Sequence record: MN655999
Strand: one strand, 5' to 3'
DNA length: 64,000 nt
DNA from: Shigella phage Z31
Part shown: piece after piece, positions 14,333 to 23,804 of the stretch
Position numbering within the stretch: the first letter of the stretch is position 1
How the letters are laid out: each line of letters starts with the position of its first letter
Position numbers and translations under genes: made by a program
The notes under the pieces: generated by a model
The model's input: only the letters and a program-made list of their open reading frames with translations
Told to the model about the DNA's origin: nothing
The model's database searches: none

Positions 14333-16699
14333 TTAATCGTAAATTGTAGTCCCTTCTGGAACACACTTCACATCAAAACCTAAGAACTTGCTCACTTCAA
14401 CAGGTGACACTTTATTCCAATCTAGATGAGAAAGCAAGAAGTTTTCTTGTTTTCTTTTTGAGAAGTAGTTTGTCACCTTAATAAACATACGGTCACCGGC
14501 TTTCTTAATTTTCTTGTAAAGTTTTGTATCATTATCAAGACACCTTTTCAAATCTTGCAACACACTAACAGTGTAAGTGTATGCAAACGGTGCAGCAACG
14601 TATTGGATTTTACCGAACATTGCCTCAACAGCATCTTCATTACCTTCTAGGAAGATAGTTTTGTTTGTATCCTGTGAATAGCAATAACCATCAGAAATCT
14701 TCCTGTTATTGAACGTAAAGTTTCTGGTAATAACCCAACAGCTTGTAAGGTTAAGGACACCACGCATACAGATGCGTGTCATATACCTGTTATGATTAAT
14801 CCAGTGAACATCAGTTAAGCTGTCGTTCAAGAGCTTCTCATCTACTTCAATCCAGTCTTCTGGTATCTTTTTCCAATTTGCTTTTCGGAAAACATAGACT
14901 GTCTTTCCAATGACATTGGCAACTGACTTAGCTACATCTTCTGGAGATGAGCAAAAACATTTGCCATCAACTGTGTCGCCTACTGCCTTAATATAAAGCT
15001 GAGGCTCTTCAATCGTATCTAAGTCTTCTGACACCTCTTTGTATGAAGCTACACCTTCTGCTGGAACAGCTTTCCAGAGTTTTACAACACCTCTTACAGC
15101 TTCTTTACGCTGATAATGGTGTTCCTTATCAGACATCCTCACAATCTTTAACAAGCTTTTATCAAGTTTGTGCAGATTGATTAGGTTGTCTAACTCTTTT
15201 TCAGTCGAGAATACAAAGACGATACCATTGTATCTGTGAAACAGACTAGACTCACTGGCATAGTCTCGACATGCACCACGCAGAATCTGATTGCGTCCTA
15301 CAGTCTTCTCAGTACCATTTTTATTGCGACGGTCGTTTATAACAAACAAAAACTGTTCAATTTGGCTTTTACGCATTGCGCCAAAGATATTGAACATACT
15401 TGCCTCTTGAGTGTAGGAAAGTGCTGTTGCACGAATCTTACTTTCTAAAGAGTTAAACTTAACATAAGCAACTGGGTCATAAAGATAATCTACTTTAGGG
15501 ATATTGTTTCCGTTCCTGTCAACCTTAATATTACCCTTACCATCACGTTCATAGATGACTGAGCCGTCTTCTGCGTAGATAATTCCACGACGAATGTTTA
15601 GCAATTCTTCTTCCAGAGAATCAAGCTTAACGCCTCCCCACTCTAGCTTTGGACACACAGCATTAAACATCTCTCGTGAGTTCAAACGTAACTCAGCATA
15701 AGCCTGTGCAGCATCCATGAGTGTAGGTTGACTGTTAACTTTCTTGATAACATCCTTTGTAATTGCTTCAGTTATCTTTTTAGTAGCCTCGATGATAACA
15801 TTTTTTGTCGTGTCATTCATCTGCAATGCTTCACGAGAAGCTGCGATAGCAACTGAACCAATAGGCATGTATATGTTTACAAGGTCTACGCTCCTACGGA
15901 AAAATTCTGGCAATACTTTGAAGAAATCATCACCAAGTAATGCTTCCATATTCACTGGATAGGCAATGTTACCCATTACCACGTTAAACTCTGTCCTGTT
16001 ACCACTAGAACGCCAGCTTTGCTTATGAATCATGGCATCATAAACACCTTCTTCACGGGCAATGACATTCATATCTGCTAATACATCATCATACTCGATA
16101 TTACTTTCTGGTTTTACAGCAAAGTATGAGTATACATGACCAGCTTCTTCAAAGAACTTTGAGATACGGTGGTCAGCAACTGCTACACGTACAGCTAAAC
16201 CATTAGGTTCTTTTGTTGGGTTAGTGGTCAGTTTAGTTACTTGAGGGATACCATTCTCAAGATAAACAGAGTACTTATTAACAACACCGTCAACATAGCT
16301 AGACACTGTGAATGACTGAGCAATTGCAAATGGTGATTTTGAGCCGATACCCATTGCACCAATGTAGTCATTAGAGTCATTCTTCGTAGAAGCCCCGTAA
16401 TTTAGGTACAAACTCATAACTTTATCATGAGTCAATCCAGTTCCAAAATCACGAACTTCAAAGTAAGGCTCAAAACGAGTAGGTAAATGCACATGGAACG
16501 GGATGTTCTCTTTTCCAGCTTCTTTCTGAGCATCTACTGCGTTACATGACAGTTCACGAATAACTGCCCTCTCTTTAAAGGTATATACACCAGAACTCAA
16601 AAGGCTGAACATTTCAGGTGTCATTGTAATCTGTGCCTGAGACGTCTCTAAAGAAGTTGAACTCTTAATCACTTCTGCGTGGTCGTTTACCATGCGCAT
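14333..16699 (-). CDS. rIIA: rIIA-like protein with N-terminal GHKL-type ATPase motifs
   Basis: N-box ELSCNAVDA, G1 box RDFGTGL, G2 box GAMGIGSKS; size 788 aa. Confidence 0.7.
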   Translation of the reverse strand: MRMVNDHAEVIKSSTSLETSQAQITMTPEMFSLLSSGVYTFKERAVIRELSCNAVDAQKEAGKENIPFHVHLPTRFEPYFEVRDFGTGLTHDKVMSLYLNYGASTKNDSNDYIGAMGIGSKSPFAIAQSFTVSSYVDGVVNKYSVYLENGIPQVTKLTTNPTKEPNGLAVRVAVADHRISKFFEEAGHVYSYFAVKPESNIEYDDVLADMNVIAREEGVYDAMIHKQSWRSSGNRTEFNVVMGNIAYPVNMEALLGDDFFKVLPEFFRRSVDLVNIYMPIGSVAIAASREALQMNDTTKNVIIEATKKITEAITKDVIKKVNSQPTLMDAAQAYAELRLNSREMFNAVCPKLEWGGVKLDSLEEELLNIRRGIIYAEDGSVIYERDGKGNIKVDRNGNNIPKVDYLYDPVAYVKFNSLESKIRATALSYTQEASMFNIFGAMRKSQIEQFLFVINDRRNKNGTEKTVGRNQILRGACRDYASESSLFHRYNGIVFVFSTEKELDNLINLHKLDKSLLKIVRMSDKEHHYQRKEAVRGVVKLWKAVPAEGVASYKEVSEDLDTIEEPQLYIKAVGDTVDGKCFCSSPEDVAKSVANVIGKTVYVFRKANWKKIPEDWIEVDEKLLNDSLTDVHWINHNRYMTRICMRGVLNLTSCWVITRNFTFNNRKISDGYCYSQDTNKTIFLEGNEDAVEAMFGKIQYVAAPFAYTYTVSVLQDLKRCLDNDTKLYKKIKKAGDRMFIKVTNYFSKRKQENFLLSHLDWNKVSPVEVSKFLGFDVKCVPEGTTIYD

Positions 16700-16727
16700 A
16701 ATACTTTCCTCTTAATTTACTGTTGAA

Positions 16728-16904
16728 TTACTTATTAAACATTTTACCAGAACCGCCACACATAGGGCAACAACCTGCTCTTGTATAACCTTCTCCATTA
16801 CAGAAGTCACATTTTTTGTGTTCTGCATAGTACTTGCAAAGAAGGTAAACAAATACTGCTACACTGCCAAGTGACAGTAGAATTTCTATCCAATATGCTT
16901 GCAT
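16728..16904 (-). CDS. small membrane-anchored DnaJ-type zinc-finger protein (58 aa), not in ORF track
   Basis: Hand-translated MQAYWIEILLSLGSVAVFVYLLCKYYAEHKKCDFCNGEGYTRAGCCPMCGGSGKMFNK; two CxxCxGxG repeats; RBS GAGGTGAG. Confidence 0.45.
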   Translation of the reverse strand: MQAYWIEILLSLGSVAVFVYLLCKYYAEHKKCDFCNGEGYTRAGCCPMCGGSGKMFNK

Positions 16905-17233
16905 GACTCACCTCTCATATTCTTGTAAAGGATAAAGCTTCTGTCATGAACGATGCTTGTAGACACTGCAAAGTTACTTTCAAGCATCTGTTTGTTTGGA
17001 TTGTAGAAGCTCTCTTTAAACTCGTCAAGTGCAAATTGGTGATTGTCTGGAAGACCTTTTACACAGACCTTTATTGTGATTGCTGCTGCAATCTTACCAG
17101 TCAGTTCTTCTTTAGCTGCTACTAAAATTTTGTTAAGGAACTTATGACCATTTTCAGGCTTCTTGATGTTCTCCCATCGTTCTTCTAAGACAATATTGAT
17201 GTTCATTTCTTTGATTTTCATAATTTTCACCAA
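16886..17233 (-). CDS. hypothetical protein (115 aa)
   Basis: ORF track. Confidence 0.45.
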   Translation of the reverse strand: MVKIMKIKEMNINIVLEERWENIKKPENGHKFLNKILVAAKEELTGKIAAAITIKVCVKGLPDNHQFALDEFKESFYNPNKQMLESNFAVSTSIVHDRSFILYKNMRGESCKHIG

Positions 17234-17571
17234 GTCCAGCTAACAAGTATTCCATCAAAACCTTTAGCTAAAGGTACACCCTCATGTTCATAAAATTCAG
17301 GATTAACTTCGAATCCACGATTTTCAATATACTCTATCATATATTTCATTACAAAGCTAATCTCTTCGTAGTCATCTGGGTCTCTGCCAAAGAACTGTTC
17401 TATGACAAACATACCTTCTTTTGTAGCAAATTGGCAGTGGTGATTGTAGATACCTTCACAAAACTTTTCAAACTTTTCTTTACCGAGAACTTCAAGGATG
17501 TCTGTATAGGTAACTTGTAAGTATTTCGGTTGCACAGGTTTCTTGTTAAACCATATGGAAAGGTTGTCCAT
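17227..17571 (-). CDS. hypothetical protein (114 aa)
   Basis: ORF track. Confidence 0.45.
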   Translation of the reverse strand: MDNLSIWFNKKPVQPKYLQVTYTDILEVLGKEKFEKFCEGIYNHHCQFATKEGMFVIEQFFGRDPDDYEEISFVMKYMIEYIENRGFEVNPEFYEHEGVPLAKGFDGILVSWTW

Positions 17572-17590
17572 AGCATTCTCCAGAAATTAA

Positions 17591-17612
17591 AAAGGCTCCC
17601 GTAGGAGCCTCT
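17591..17612 (-). terminator. intrinsic terminator GGCUCC-UACG-GGAGCC + U-run after NAMPT-like gene
   Basis: Hairpin 17594-17609. Confidence 0.55.
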
Positions 17613-17624
17613 TATCATATACTT

Positions 17625-19406
17625 TTAAAGCTGCTTGTCAATATTATTTCGAATATCACCAAGAGTTGTGTAACCGAACTGCTCAGAGTCACTAAAGACT
17701 AAACGTAAAGCACAAGCTGGATGTTCAAGCACATCTGCAAAGCTCTGGAATCCATAGCCATCTACAGCTTTCAGCTTATCGCCATCCCACATAGGTGCTA
17801 CACCACCAAAAGCAGACTTCTTAACACCGCTATCTGTTTTAGGGTCTTTTGCAAGCATAATCTCTTTACCACCAATGCTTGCAAGAGTTGCTTTGACAGC
17901 AAATGCAAAGGTGTCACGAGTCATGTACTGGTAAGTGTAAGAACCTACACCAAACACTACGTTAGAGCTTGCAAAACCCATTTCATACAAACGCTTCAGG
18001 ATTTCGTTTGCACGTTCCAACGTGATAGAGTCACCATAGATAAGGCCAATGTGCTCATCCAGTACCTTAAAGCCTTTAGAGTTGATAGTCCCTCCAAAGA
18101 TGTTATACAGGTTCTTAATAGCTCCATCAATCTCTGCTACAGGACGTGTTACAACGTTTGCAGAACCAACCATATAAGCATTTTTCAACATCACTGTATC
18201 AGCAACTTCAAAGTCTTCTCTGTCAACAACCATCTCGTAGCCTTCTGACAGTAGCCACCCAGCAATACCATAGTTGATGTTTTCAAGCTTCATGTTCAGA
18301 ACAGCATTCAACATTGTGTCGCTGGCTTCCATCTTGCTTAGGTGTTCGTAATAAGCCTTTTTAGCACACTCTAAGTGGATTGCTTTATAGCCTGTGACAA
18401 TATGTACAGGGTCTCCAGAGTCAGGACGAATTACCAGTTTTCCATCACGTTCCATAATCTCTTTACGGAGTTCTGGCAATATGACTGATACAGTTCTCCA
18501 GAAATTATAAGTATCTGAAACAACACTTGCAATACCAGTTGGGTAAGTTTCTGTTAAGAAGCGACGGAAGGTTTGTAACTCACCTTTAAAACGTCTTTCA
18601 TCTTCAATTAACTCATTACCACCTTCCCAAGCAATGTTTGCACACATTACAGAGTGTTCAGTGGCTGGCACAGAACTACCAATATCAGAGATTGGGTAGG
18701 ACTGTCCATAGATGCGTTTAGCTGTATACACAGCAGGGAAGCTGTCAGTTCCTTTAAAGCTGGTTAAGTGACCTACAGCGTTAAATGCGTCATCAGTAAA
18801 GCCAGACATACCACGCATAGCAAAGTCATGGCACTGATAAGGTAAATGCAAGTCGTTGTCACAAGTAAGGTCAGCCCACTTCTTACAGATACGTTTGTAG
18901 TGCAATGCAATAGTTGCAATGGTACAAGCCTTCCAAATCTCAGCAGAGAAAGCATCTTCTAGATACCCCGCTACCCAATGGAAACCTGAAACAGTGTTCT
19001 GGAAGACAATCATTGGTACACGCATAGGGACAACTGTGCCTTCTTCTACAGCATATACTTCAACTGGTAGATAACCTAAGTCGTGGAGTGCTTCCCAATG
19101 TTCTCGACCAATAGCATCTTTGCCCAGAACACCGTTCATGACTTCTAAGATTTCGTCAATTGCTTCTTTTTTGTCACGTTCAAAGAAGGTGGCGTTCCAG
19201 TGGTCTATCAAGTAATCTTTAACAAAACGTTGAATACCAAAAGCTACTACACCGTCAATTGCTAAAGGGCTGTTAAACCATTTATCACTACGTGGTGTTA
19301 GGTTCAGCATAAGATACTGTGTGGCATCTGGATACTGATATATATGTGATGCCTTGTAAGCATCTGCATTAAGGCCTGCTGGTACTGCGTAAAGTGACTT
19401 ACTCAT
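17625..19406 (-). CDS. nicotinamide phosphoribosyltransferase-family enzyme (NAMPT-like; candidate nicotinamide ADP-ribose transferase)
   Basis: NAMPT signature segments AYKASHIYQYP, FKGTDSF, SVPATEHS, IRPDSGDP; 593 aa, longer than typical NAMPT. Confidence 0.85.
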   Translation of the reverse strand: MSKSLYAVPAGLNADAYKASHIYQYPDATQYLMLNLTPRSDKWFNSPLAIDGVVAFGIQRFVKDYLIDHWNATFFERDKKEAIDEILEVMNGVLGKDAIGREHWEALHDLGYLPVEVYAVEEGTVVPMRVPMIVFQNTVSGFHWVAGYLEDAFSAEIWKACTIATIALHYKRICKKWADLTCDNDLHLPYQCHDFAMRGMSGFTDDAFNAVGHLTSFKGTDSFPAVYTAKRIYGQSYPISDIGSSVPATEHSVMCANIAWEGGNELIEDERRFKGELQTFRRFLTETYPTGIASVVSDTYNFWRTVSVILPELRKEIMERDGKLVIRPDSGDPVHIVTGYKAIHLECAKKAYYEHLSKMEASDTMLNAVLNMKLENINYGIAGWLLSEGYEMVVDREDFEVADTVMLKNAYMVGSANVVTRPVAEIDGAIKNLYNIFGGTINSKGFKVLDEHIGLIYGDSITLERANEILKRLYEMGFASSNVVFGVGSYTYQYMTRDTFAFAVKATLASIGGKEIMLAKDPKTDSGVKKSAFGGVAPMWDGDKLKAVDGYGFQSFADVLEHPACALRLVFSDSEQFGYTTLGDIRNNIDKQL

Positions 19407-19420
19407 ATTTTATCTCTCTC

Positions 19421-19912
19421 TTAGTTATGTCTTGCAAACTCACCATGAAGTTCTATTCGCTTTTTAATTACAGCTTCTTTTGCTTCTTCTACCGTTTTAA
19501 ATCTTCCACAAAAGTATTCTTTATGGTAAAGCATGACTCTTGCTTTGTAAAGACCTGTTTGTTTACAAAAACTTACACCCTTCACACCAGTTTTATTGTT
19601 CTTTTGTATACCCCTATTCCTCTGGTTTTGTGACTTTGTGCTAAGTCTTAAGTTCTCCAACTTATTATTAGTTTTATCAAGGTCTATGTGGTCTATCTCA
19701 TATCCACTTGGTATCTCACCCCCAGACATAATCCATGCAATATTATGTGCATAGTACCTCTTCTTATTTATCTGGACTTGGATATAACCCTTCTTAGACC
19801 TTGTGCCAGCCACATTACCAGCAATAGCGGTACTGCAAAGGGTTACTCTCCAAATTAATAAACCTGTATCTGGTTCATATATTAGGTATTTTTCAAAATA
19901 ACCCTTATTCAT
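19421..19912 (-). CDS. HNH homing endonuclease with AP2 DNA-binding domain
   Basis: HNH block YEIDHIDLDKTNNKLENLR; AP2-like KTGVKGVSF...YKARV..GRFKTVEEAKEA. Confidence 0.8.
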   Translation of the reverse strand: MNKGYFEKYLIYEPDTGLLIWRVTLCSTAIAGNVAGTRSKKGYIQVQINKKRYYAHNIAWIMSGGEIPSGYEIDHIDLDKTNNKLENLRLSTKSQNQRNRGIQKNNKTGVKGVSFCKQTGLYKARVMLYHKEYFCGRFKTVEEAKEAVIKKRIELHGEFARHN

Positions 19913-19920
19913 ACTGTTAC

Positions 19921-20820
19921 CTAGTCCAAATTTGCTACAGTAACTTGACCATAATGTGTTAAACCACGGTCTTTAGCTTCCCCTAAAGAGTTTGTAGTGT
20001 AGATGTGGTCAATACCATTGTCAAGAAGGTTTTCAACACCTTTAGAGAAGATACCATGTGTTACATAGAGTTCCACACGTTTTGCACCTGCTTCACGAAG
20101 ATGTTTAGCTGCTTCTATGAAGGTTCGACCACCATCACAGATATCATCAAGAATCATGACAGTTTTATCTGTCAAATCCACATCATCAAGGATTCGCATA
20201 CCAGTAATTTCACCAGTCTTAAGGTTACGTACTTTAGACATTGTGATGTATGGTTTATCCACCTCTTTAGCAGTCTCTTCAGTCTTCTTAGCTGCACCTG
20301 CATCTGGGGCTACTAAGTAATCAACTAGAGGGTCATTCGCATAGTGGACTGCAATCTCCTTTTGGGGGATACTCTGGAAGCAGTTAAACAGGTTATCTGG
20401 TACATAACTGTGAGAGTCAACTGCACAGACTGCATCGAAACCCATTGCATTAATCTGTTGTGCAAACACTTTCAAAGCTGCTGCATCACCTTTAAACATG
20501 TGACGGTCGTAACGCGCATTTGGCAAATAGTAAAAGATGGCAGTCTTCATAGCAAACTTATGAGGTACTAAGTTGTCTACCGCCTCTTTAGCAAGTGCCA
20601 CAGCAAACAATGTATCTTTATCATAACCTTTTACAATCATAATCACATTGTTGATAGATGATGCTGCATAAGCAGTAAAATCAACAAACTCTGGTGAAAA
20701 GTGTCCACCAATCTCACCAGAAGGGAATTGGATGATGTTAAACTCTTCTTCATGAGTCCCTTTAGTTGGTGAATGAACTGTAACACGAATAGATGTCTTC
20801 ATAGTTTTTCTCTCAATCAA
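19921..20820 (-). CDS. ribose-phosphate pyrophosphokinase (Prs)-family enzyme (candidate ADP-ribose pyrophosphokinase)
   Basis: Type I PRTase/PRPP-binding loop VMILDDICDGGRTF; 299 aa. Confidence 0.85.
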   Translation of the reverse strand: MIERKTMKTSIRVTVHSPTKGTHEEEFNIIQFPSGEIGGHFSPEFVDFTAYAASSINNVIMIVKGYDKDTLFAVALAKEAVDNLVPHKFAMKTAIFYYLPNARYDRHMFKGDAAALKVFAQQINAMGFDAVCAVDSHSYVPDNLFNCFQSIPQKEIAVHYANDPLVDYLVAPDAGAAKKTEETAKEVDKPYITMSKVRNLKTGEITGMRILDDVDLTDKTVMILDDICDGGRTFIEAAKHLREAGAKRVELYVTHGIFSKGVENLLDNGIDHIYTTNSLGEAKDRGLTHYGQVTVANLD

Positions 20821-21118
20821 AAGTTACGTTTGTTACTGCCATTGCAGATTTGCATTTTGCAGGGTCTACAACGTGATAAAGTACACTACAGTTACCTGTG
20901 CTGTCTGGTACAGGTTTGACCCATTGATGCTTTATAGTTGGCTCTCCTAAATCTTTGTAAGAGCCATCTGTAAAATTGTTTACCGTCTCAAGTGCAATTG
21001 GTTCTGGGACATGACCACGTATCATGTACATCTCACAGCCGTTACCACCTTCACTCACTAATGGTAGAATCTCCCACTTCTCTTTAGCCATTGTAAGTTG
21101 CCCTATAAACTGTCTCAA
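20813..21118 (-). CDS. hypothetical protein (101 aa)
   Basis: ORF track. Confidence 0.4.
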   Translation of the reverse strand: MRQFIGQLTMAKEKWEILPLVSEGGNGCEMYMIRGHVPEPIALETVNNFTDGSYKDLGEPTIKHQWVKPVPDSTGNCSVLYHVVDPAKCKSAMAVTNVTFD

Positions 21119-21599
21119 ACTTCAACAGGAGAGATATTGCCAAATCTGTATAGTTGTTGTCAAGTACATCTGGCATATTATTTTTGATATACCTCTCTTG
21201 CTCTTCATAGGTCATCTTAGGAGTGCTTAGAAGGCTATCTCCTTGCTTCTGGTTATCAGCTTTAGTTTGGATAAACCAGTTTGCGCAGTGATGTTCACCA
21301 CCTTTTGTAACAGGCTTGTGGTGACCTAATGTGAAGGATTGACTACCTGTGTATCTGCAAAGTTTATTGAGAACTGTAATGGTGTTCTTCACAACAAAAC
21401 ATTCATACAGGTTATCTATAGTGTAGTGTGGGTAATAGCGGAATAGTGCTCTTTCACGAGTACTCTCACGATTCCAGAGAATCATGTGATTTGAGTTAGA
21501 AGGGTCGTATTGGTGGGAGTCAATGAACTCTTGACGTTCCTCAAAGCTGAGTCTTAGAACTGACATTGCAGCCGAACGTTTCAGGTTTGACAGATACAT
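21084..21599 (-). CDS. HNH-family endonuclease-like protein
   Basis: LGHHKPVTKGGEHHCANW...TKADNQKQG resembles HNH core. Confidence 0.55.
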   Translation of the reverse strand: MYLSNLKRSAAMSVLRLSFEERQEFIDSHQYDPSNSNHMILWNRESTRERALFRYYPHYTIDNLYECFVVKNTITVLNKLCRYTGSQSFTLGHHKPVTKGGEHHCANWFIQTKADNQKQGDSLLSTPKMTYEEQERYIKNNMPDVLDNNYTDLAISLLLKFETVYRATYNG

Positions 21600-21650
21600 T
21601 TTATCTCCAAAATAAAAAGGGAACCTTTACAGTCCCCTTATAGTATCTGT

Positions 21651-21971
21651 TTACTGAGCTACTTTCAAGATGCTTGTAAATGAGATTTCACTCTCATCCA
21701 TAAACTCTTTTGCTTCTCCAGTAACTTTTACAAAGTTATCTAGGCAGATAATCTTCTTATCTTTCTTGCTGTAGGTTAGCTTAACCTTTTCAATATCTTT
21801 CTTAGAGCTTTTCTCTTCATTGAAGAGTTTTACAGCCTCTTTAAATGGTAGATATGAGCCGTCATTGTCACTAATGAACCCTGTACCACAATAGTAGTAG
21901 TTATACTCTTTAGCCATAAACTGGCACAGTACGAAAATCTGTAATTTACGAGTATTATAAACTTTGTTCAT
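21651..21971 (-). CDS. hypothetical protein (106 aa)
   Basis: ORF track. Confidence 0.45.
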   Translation of the reverse strand: MNKVYNTRKLQIFVLCQFMAKEYNYYYCGTGFISDNDGSYLPFKEAVKLFNEEKSSKKDIEKVKLTYSKKDKKIICLDNFVKVTGEAKEFMDESEISFTSILKVAQ

Positions 21972-21973
21972 GA

Positions 21974-22231
21974 TTATTTAGCCTTCTTGTTACGTTTACG
22001 GTTACGAGCTTTCTTAGCTGCACGTTTAATTGCTGCTGCACCAGTTGGTCGATGTGCTTGTTTTTTACCACCTTTGCCACGACCTACATAGATGCTTTTC
22101 ATAATCTCATTAGCTAGTTTCTCATCCATCTTGAAGTTCTGCATGAGATGAGTCACGTCAACACCAGTAAGCATACCTAGTGATGCCAGTGCTGCTTTTA
22201 CTTTTGATTTAAAACTATTCCAGATTCCCAT
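21974..22231 (-). CDS. small protein with highly basic C-terminus (85 aa)
   Basis: ORF track; C-terminal K/R-rich tail. Confidence 0.45.
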   Translation of the reverse strand: MGIWNSFKSKVKAALASLGMLTGVDVTHLMQNFKMDEKLANEIMKSIYVGRGKGGKKQAHRPTGAAAIKRAAKKARNRKRNKKAK

Positions 22232-22500
22232 TTAGTATCTCTCTCAATCTTTTCACAAAATGTTTTGAGTTCTTCTTCAGTGACACCAACAACACTGTCA
22301 CCAACGTTTAAATTTGTTTTGTAGAACATTGTAAAGTGGCCTTTACCAACAACTTCGAATGTTCCAGCCTTCTCAATCTCTGCTAAGGCTTCCATTCCAA
22401 CATTACCGAAAAGTGAGTTTGTATACTTTTTCCACTCATCAAGGAGTTCGGTCTTAACCTTATAAGTGCCTAATAAAGCACTATTAAAAGAGATAATCAT
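22198..22500 (-). CDS. hypothetical protein (about 100 aa; internal Met start chosen)
   Basis: Track ORF 22198..22656 overlaps nrdG; in-frame ATG at 22500 has RBS AAGGTGAG. Confidence 0.4.
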   Translation of the reverse strand: MIISFNSALLGTYKVKTELLDEWKKYTNSLFGNVGMEALAEIEKAGTFEVVGKGHFTMFYKTNLNVGDSVVGVTEEELKTFCEKIERDTKWESGIVLNQK

Positions 22501-22537
22501 TATCTCACCTTTCCCGTAGCCAATTTTACGACGAGAT

Positions 22538-23023
22538 TCACTCTGCTCGCCATTGGCAGTCACCTTGCCACCCATACTCTTTTCTCCAGAGGTTTTGGTT
22601 ATCAGAACCACGATATGGTTTAACTGTTGGTTTAGAAGAATCATACTTACCATCAATCACCACGTCAACATATTTCATCACCTCTAGGTGGATTTTTTCG
22701 TGTAACTGAAAACCTGTCCAGAGCCAGATAGATTTTTCTGGGTAAACAGTTTTAATACGTTTACATATGTTAGTGACCTCTTGAATGTTTCTATCATCAA
22801 GAGGCTCTCCACCAAGTATTGACAACCCACTAATGGCCTTATCATCCATTAACTTAATGATGCCGTAGAGGTTTGCATAAGTAAACTCTTTACCAGCATT
22901 AAACTTCCAAGACTCCCTGTTAAAGCAGCCTTCACAGTGATGTTTACAACCAGCTACGAAGAGGCTTACACGAACCCCTTCACCATTGGCTGTATCAAAT
23001 GGTCTAATCTCCATGTAATTCAT
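22538..23023 (-). CDS. nrdG: anaerobic ribonucleotide reductase activating protein (radical SAM)
   Basis: CKHHCEGC cluster near N-terminus; adjacent to nrdD. Confidence 0.85.
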   Translation of the reverse strand: MNYMEIRPFDTANGEGVRVSLFVAGCKHHCEGCFNRESWKFNAGKEFTYANLYGIIKLMDDKAISGLSILGGEPLDDRNIQEVTNICKRIKTVYPEKSIWLWTGFQLHEKIHLEVMKYVDVVIDGKYDSSKPTVKPYRGSDNQNLWRKEYGWQGDCQWRAE

Positions 23024-23058
23024 CTAGTTACCTCACCAATATTATTTAATTGTTTTAC

Positions 23059-23454
23059 TCATTCAAACACTACCTGACAAGGAACCTGTTTAGTAATAAA
23101 CTCTTCACAGTGCTCTTTAATGAAGTTTTGTAATGGAACACAGTCTTGTGCACAAGTCATTAGTATAATGTACTCTGGATTCATAATATTTTCAAGACTG
23201 TAGAAGACAACATCGTCAGATAATTCATGACCGTCTTCTTCAGACCAAGTTCCAGTGACTACAGCTAATTTGTCAAGCAATTCATTAGGCAACGCTACAC
23301 CATCTTCTACGGAATCACTTAGAACGTTGTCGCCAACATACAATGTGAAGGTTGTATGGAATGTTGAGTATCTTACGTGATTCTTCTCACAAGAGCCACA
23401 CTCTGAGGCATAATCTTTAATCCACTCTAACTGTTTCTGGTTGAGCTTAATCAT
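23059..23454 (-). CDS. hypothetical protein (131 aa)
   Basis: ORF track. Confidence 0.5.
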   Translation of the reverse strand: MIKLNQKQLEWIKDYASECGSCEKNHVRYSTFHTTFTLYVGDNVLSDSVEDGVALPNELLDKLAVVTGTWSEEDGHELSDDVVFYSLENIMNPEYIILMTCAQDCVPLQNFIKEHCEEFITKQVPCQVVFE

Positions 23455-23651
23455 AATTTCACCTTAGTTGGTAATGCACTGAATGCTATAGCTAACCCTA
23501 AAAATGGTTTGAAGCATGACCATAAATCCATCTGACCATGATATGAGAAACTCCATTGTGGGTCTGAAAAACCCCATACCATGACACTAACTCCAAAGAA
23601 GAAGATTAGTATGTGGAATATAGGTATCAACGTTTTTGATATTTTAAACAT
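23451..23651 (-). CDS. small membrane protein (66 aa)
   Basis: Two hydrophobic segments. Confidence 0.4.
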   Translation of the reverse strand: MFKISKTLIPIFHILIFFFGVSVMVWGFSDPQWSFSYHGQMDLWSCFKPFLGLAIAFSALPTKVKL

Positions 23652-23804
23652 TTTAACTTGCCTCTTAATTCACAATAAGAGAGTCCTAAAAAGAACCCCA
23701 GTAAGACAGAACCTATGAATAGGCCAATGATGTTCTCTGCCATATCTAACATCCAATAAAAAAGGTGATGTAAGCCTATCAAGACTCACACCACCTTGTC
23801 AAGT

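Noticed and set aside
17721-18248. 175-aa plus-strand ORF inside the NAMPT-like gene
   Set aside because: Antisense to a well-supported gene; Cys/His-rich low-complexity translation typical of antisense frames.
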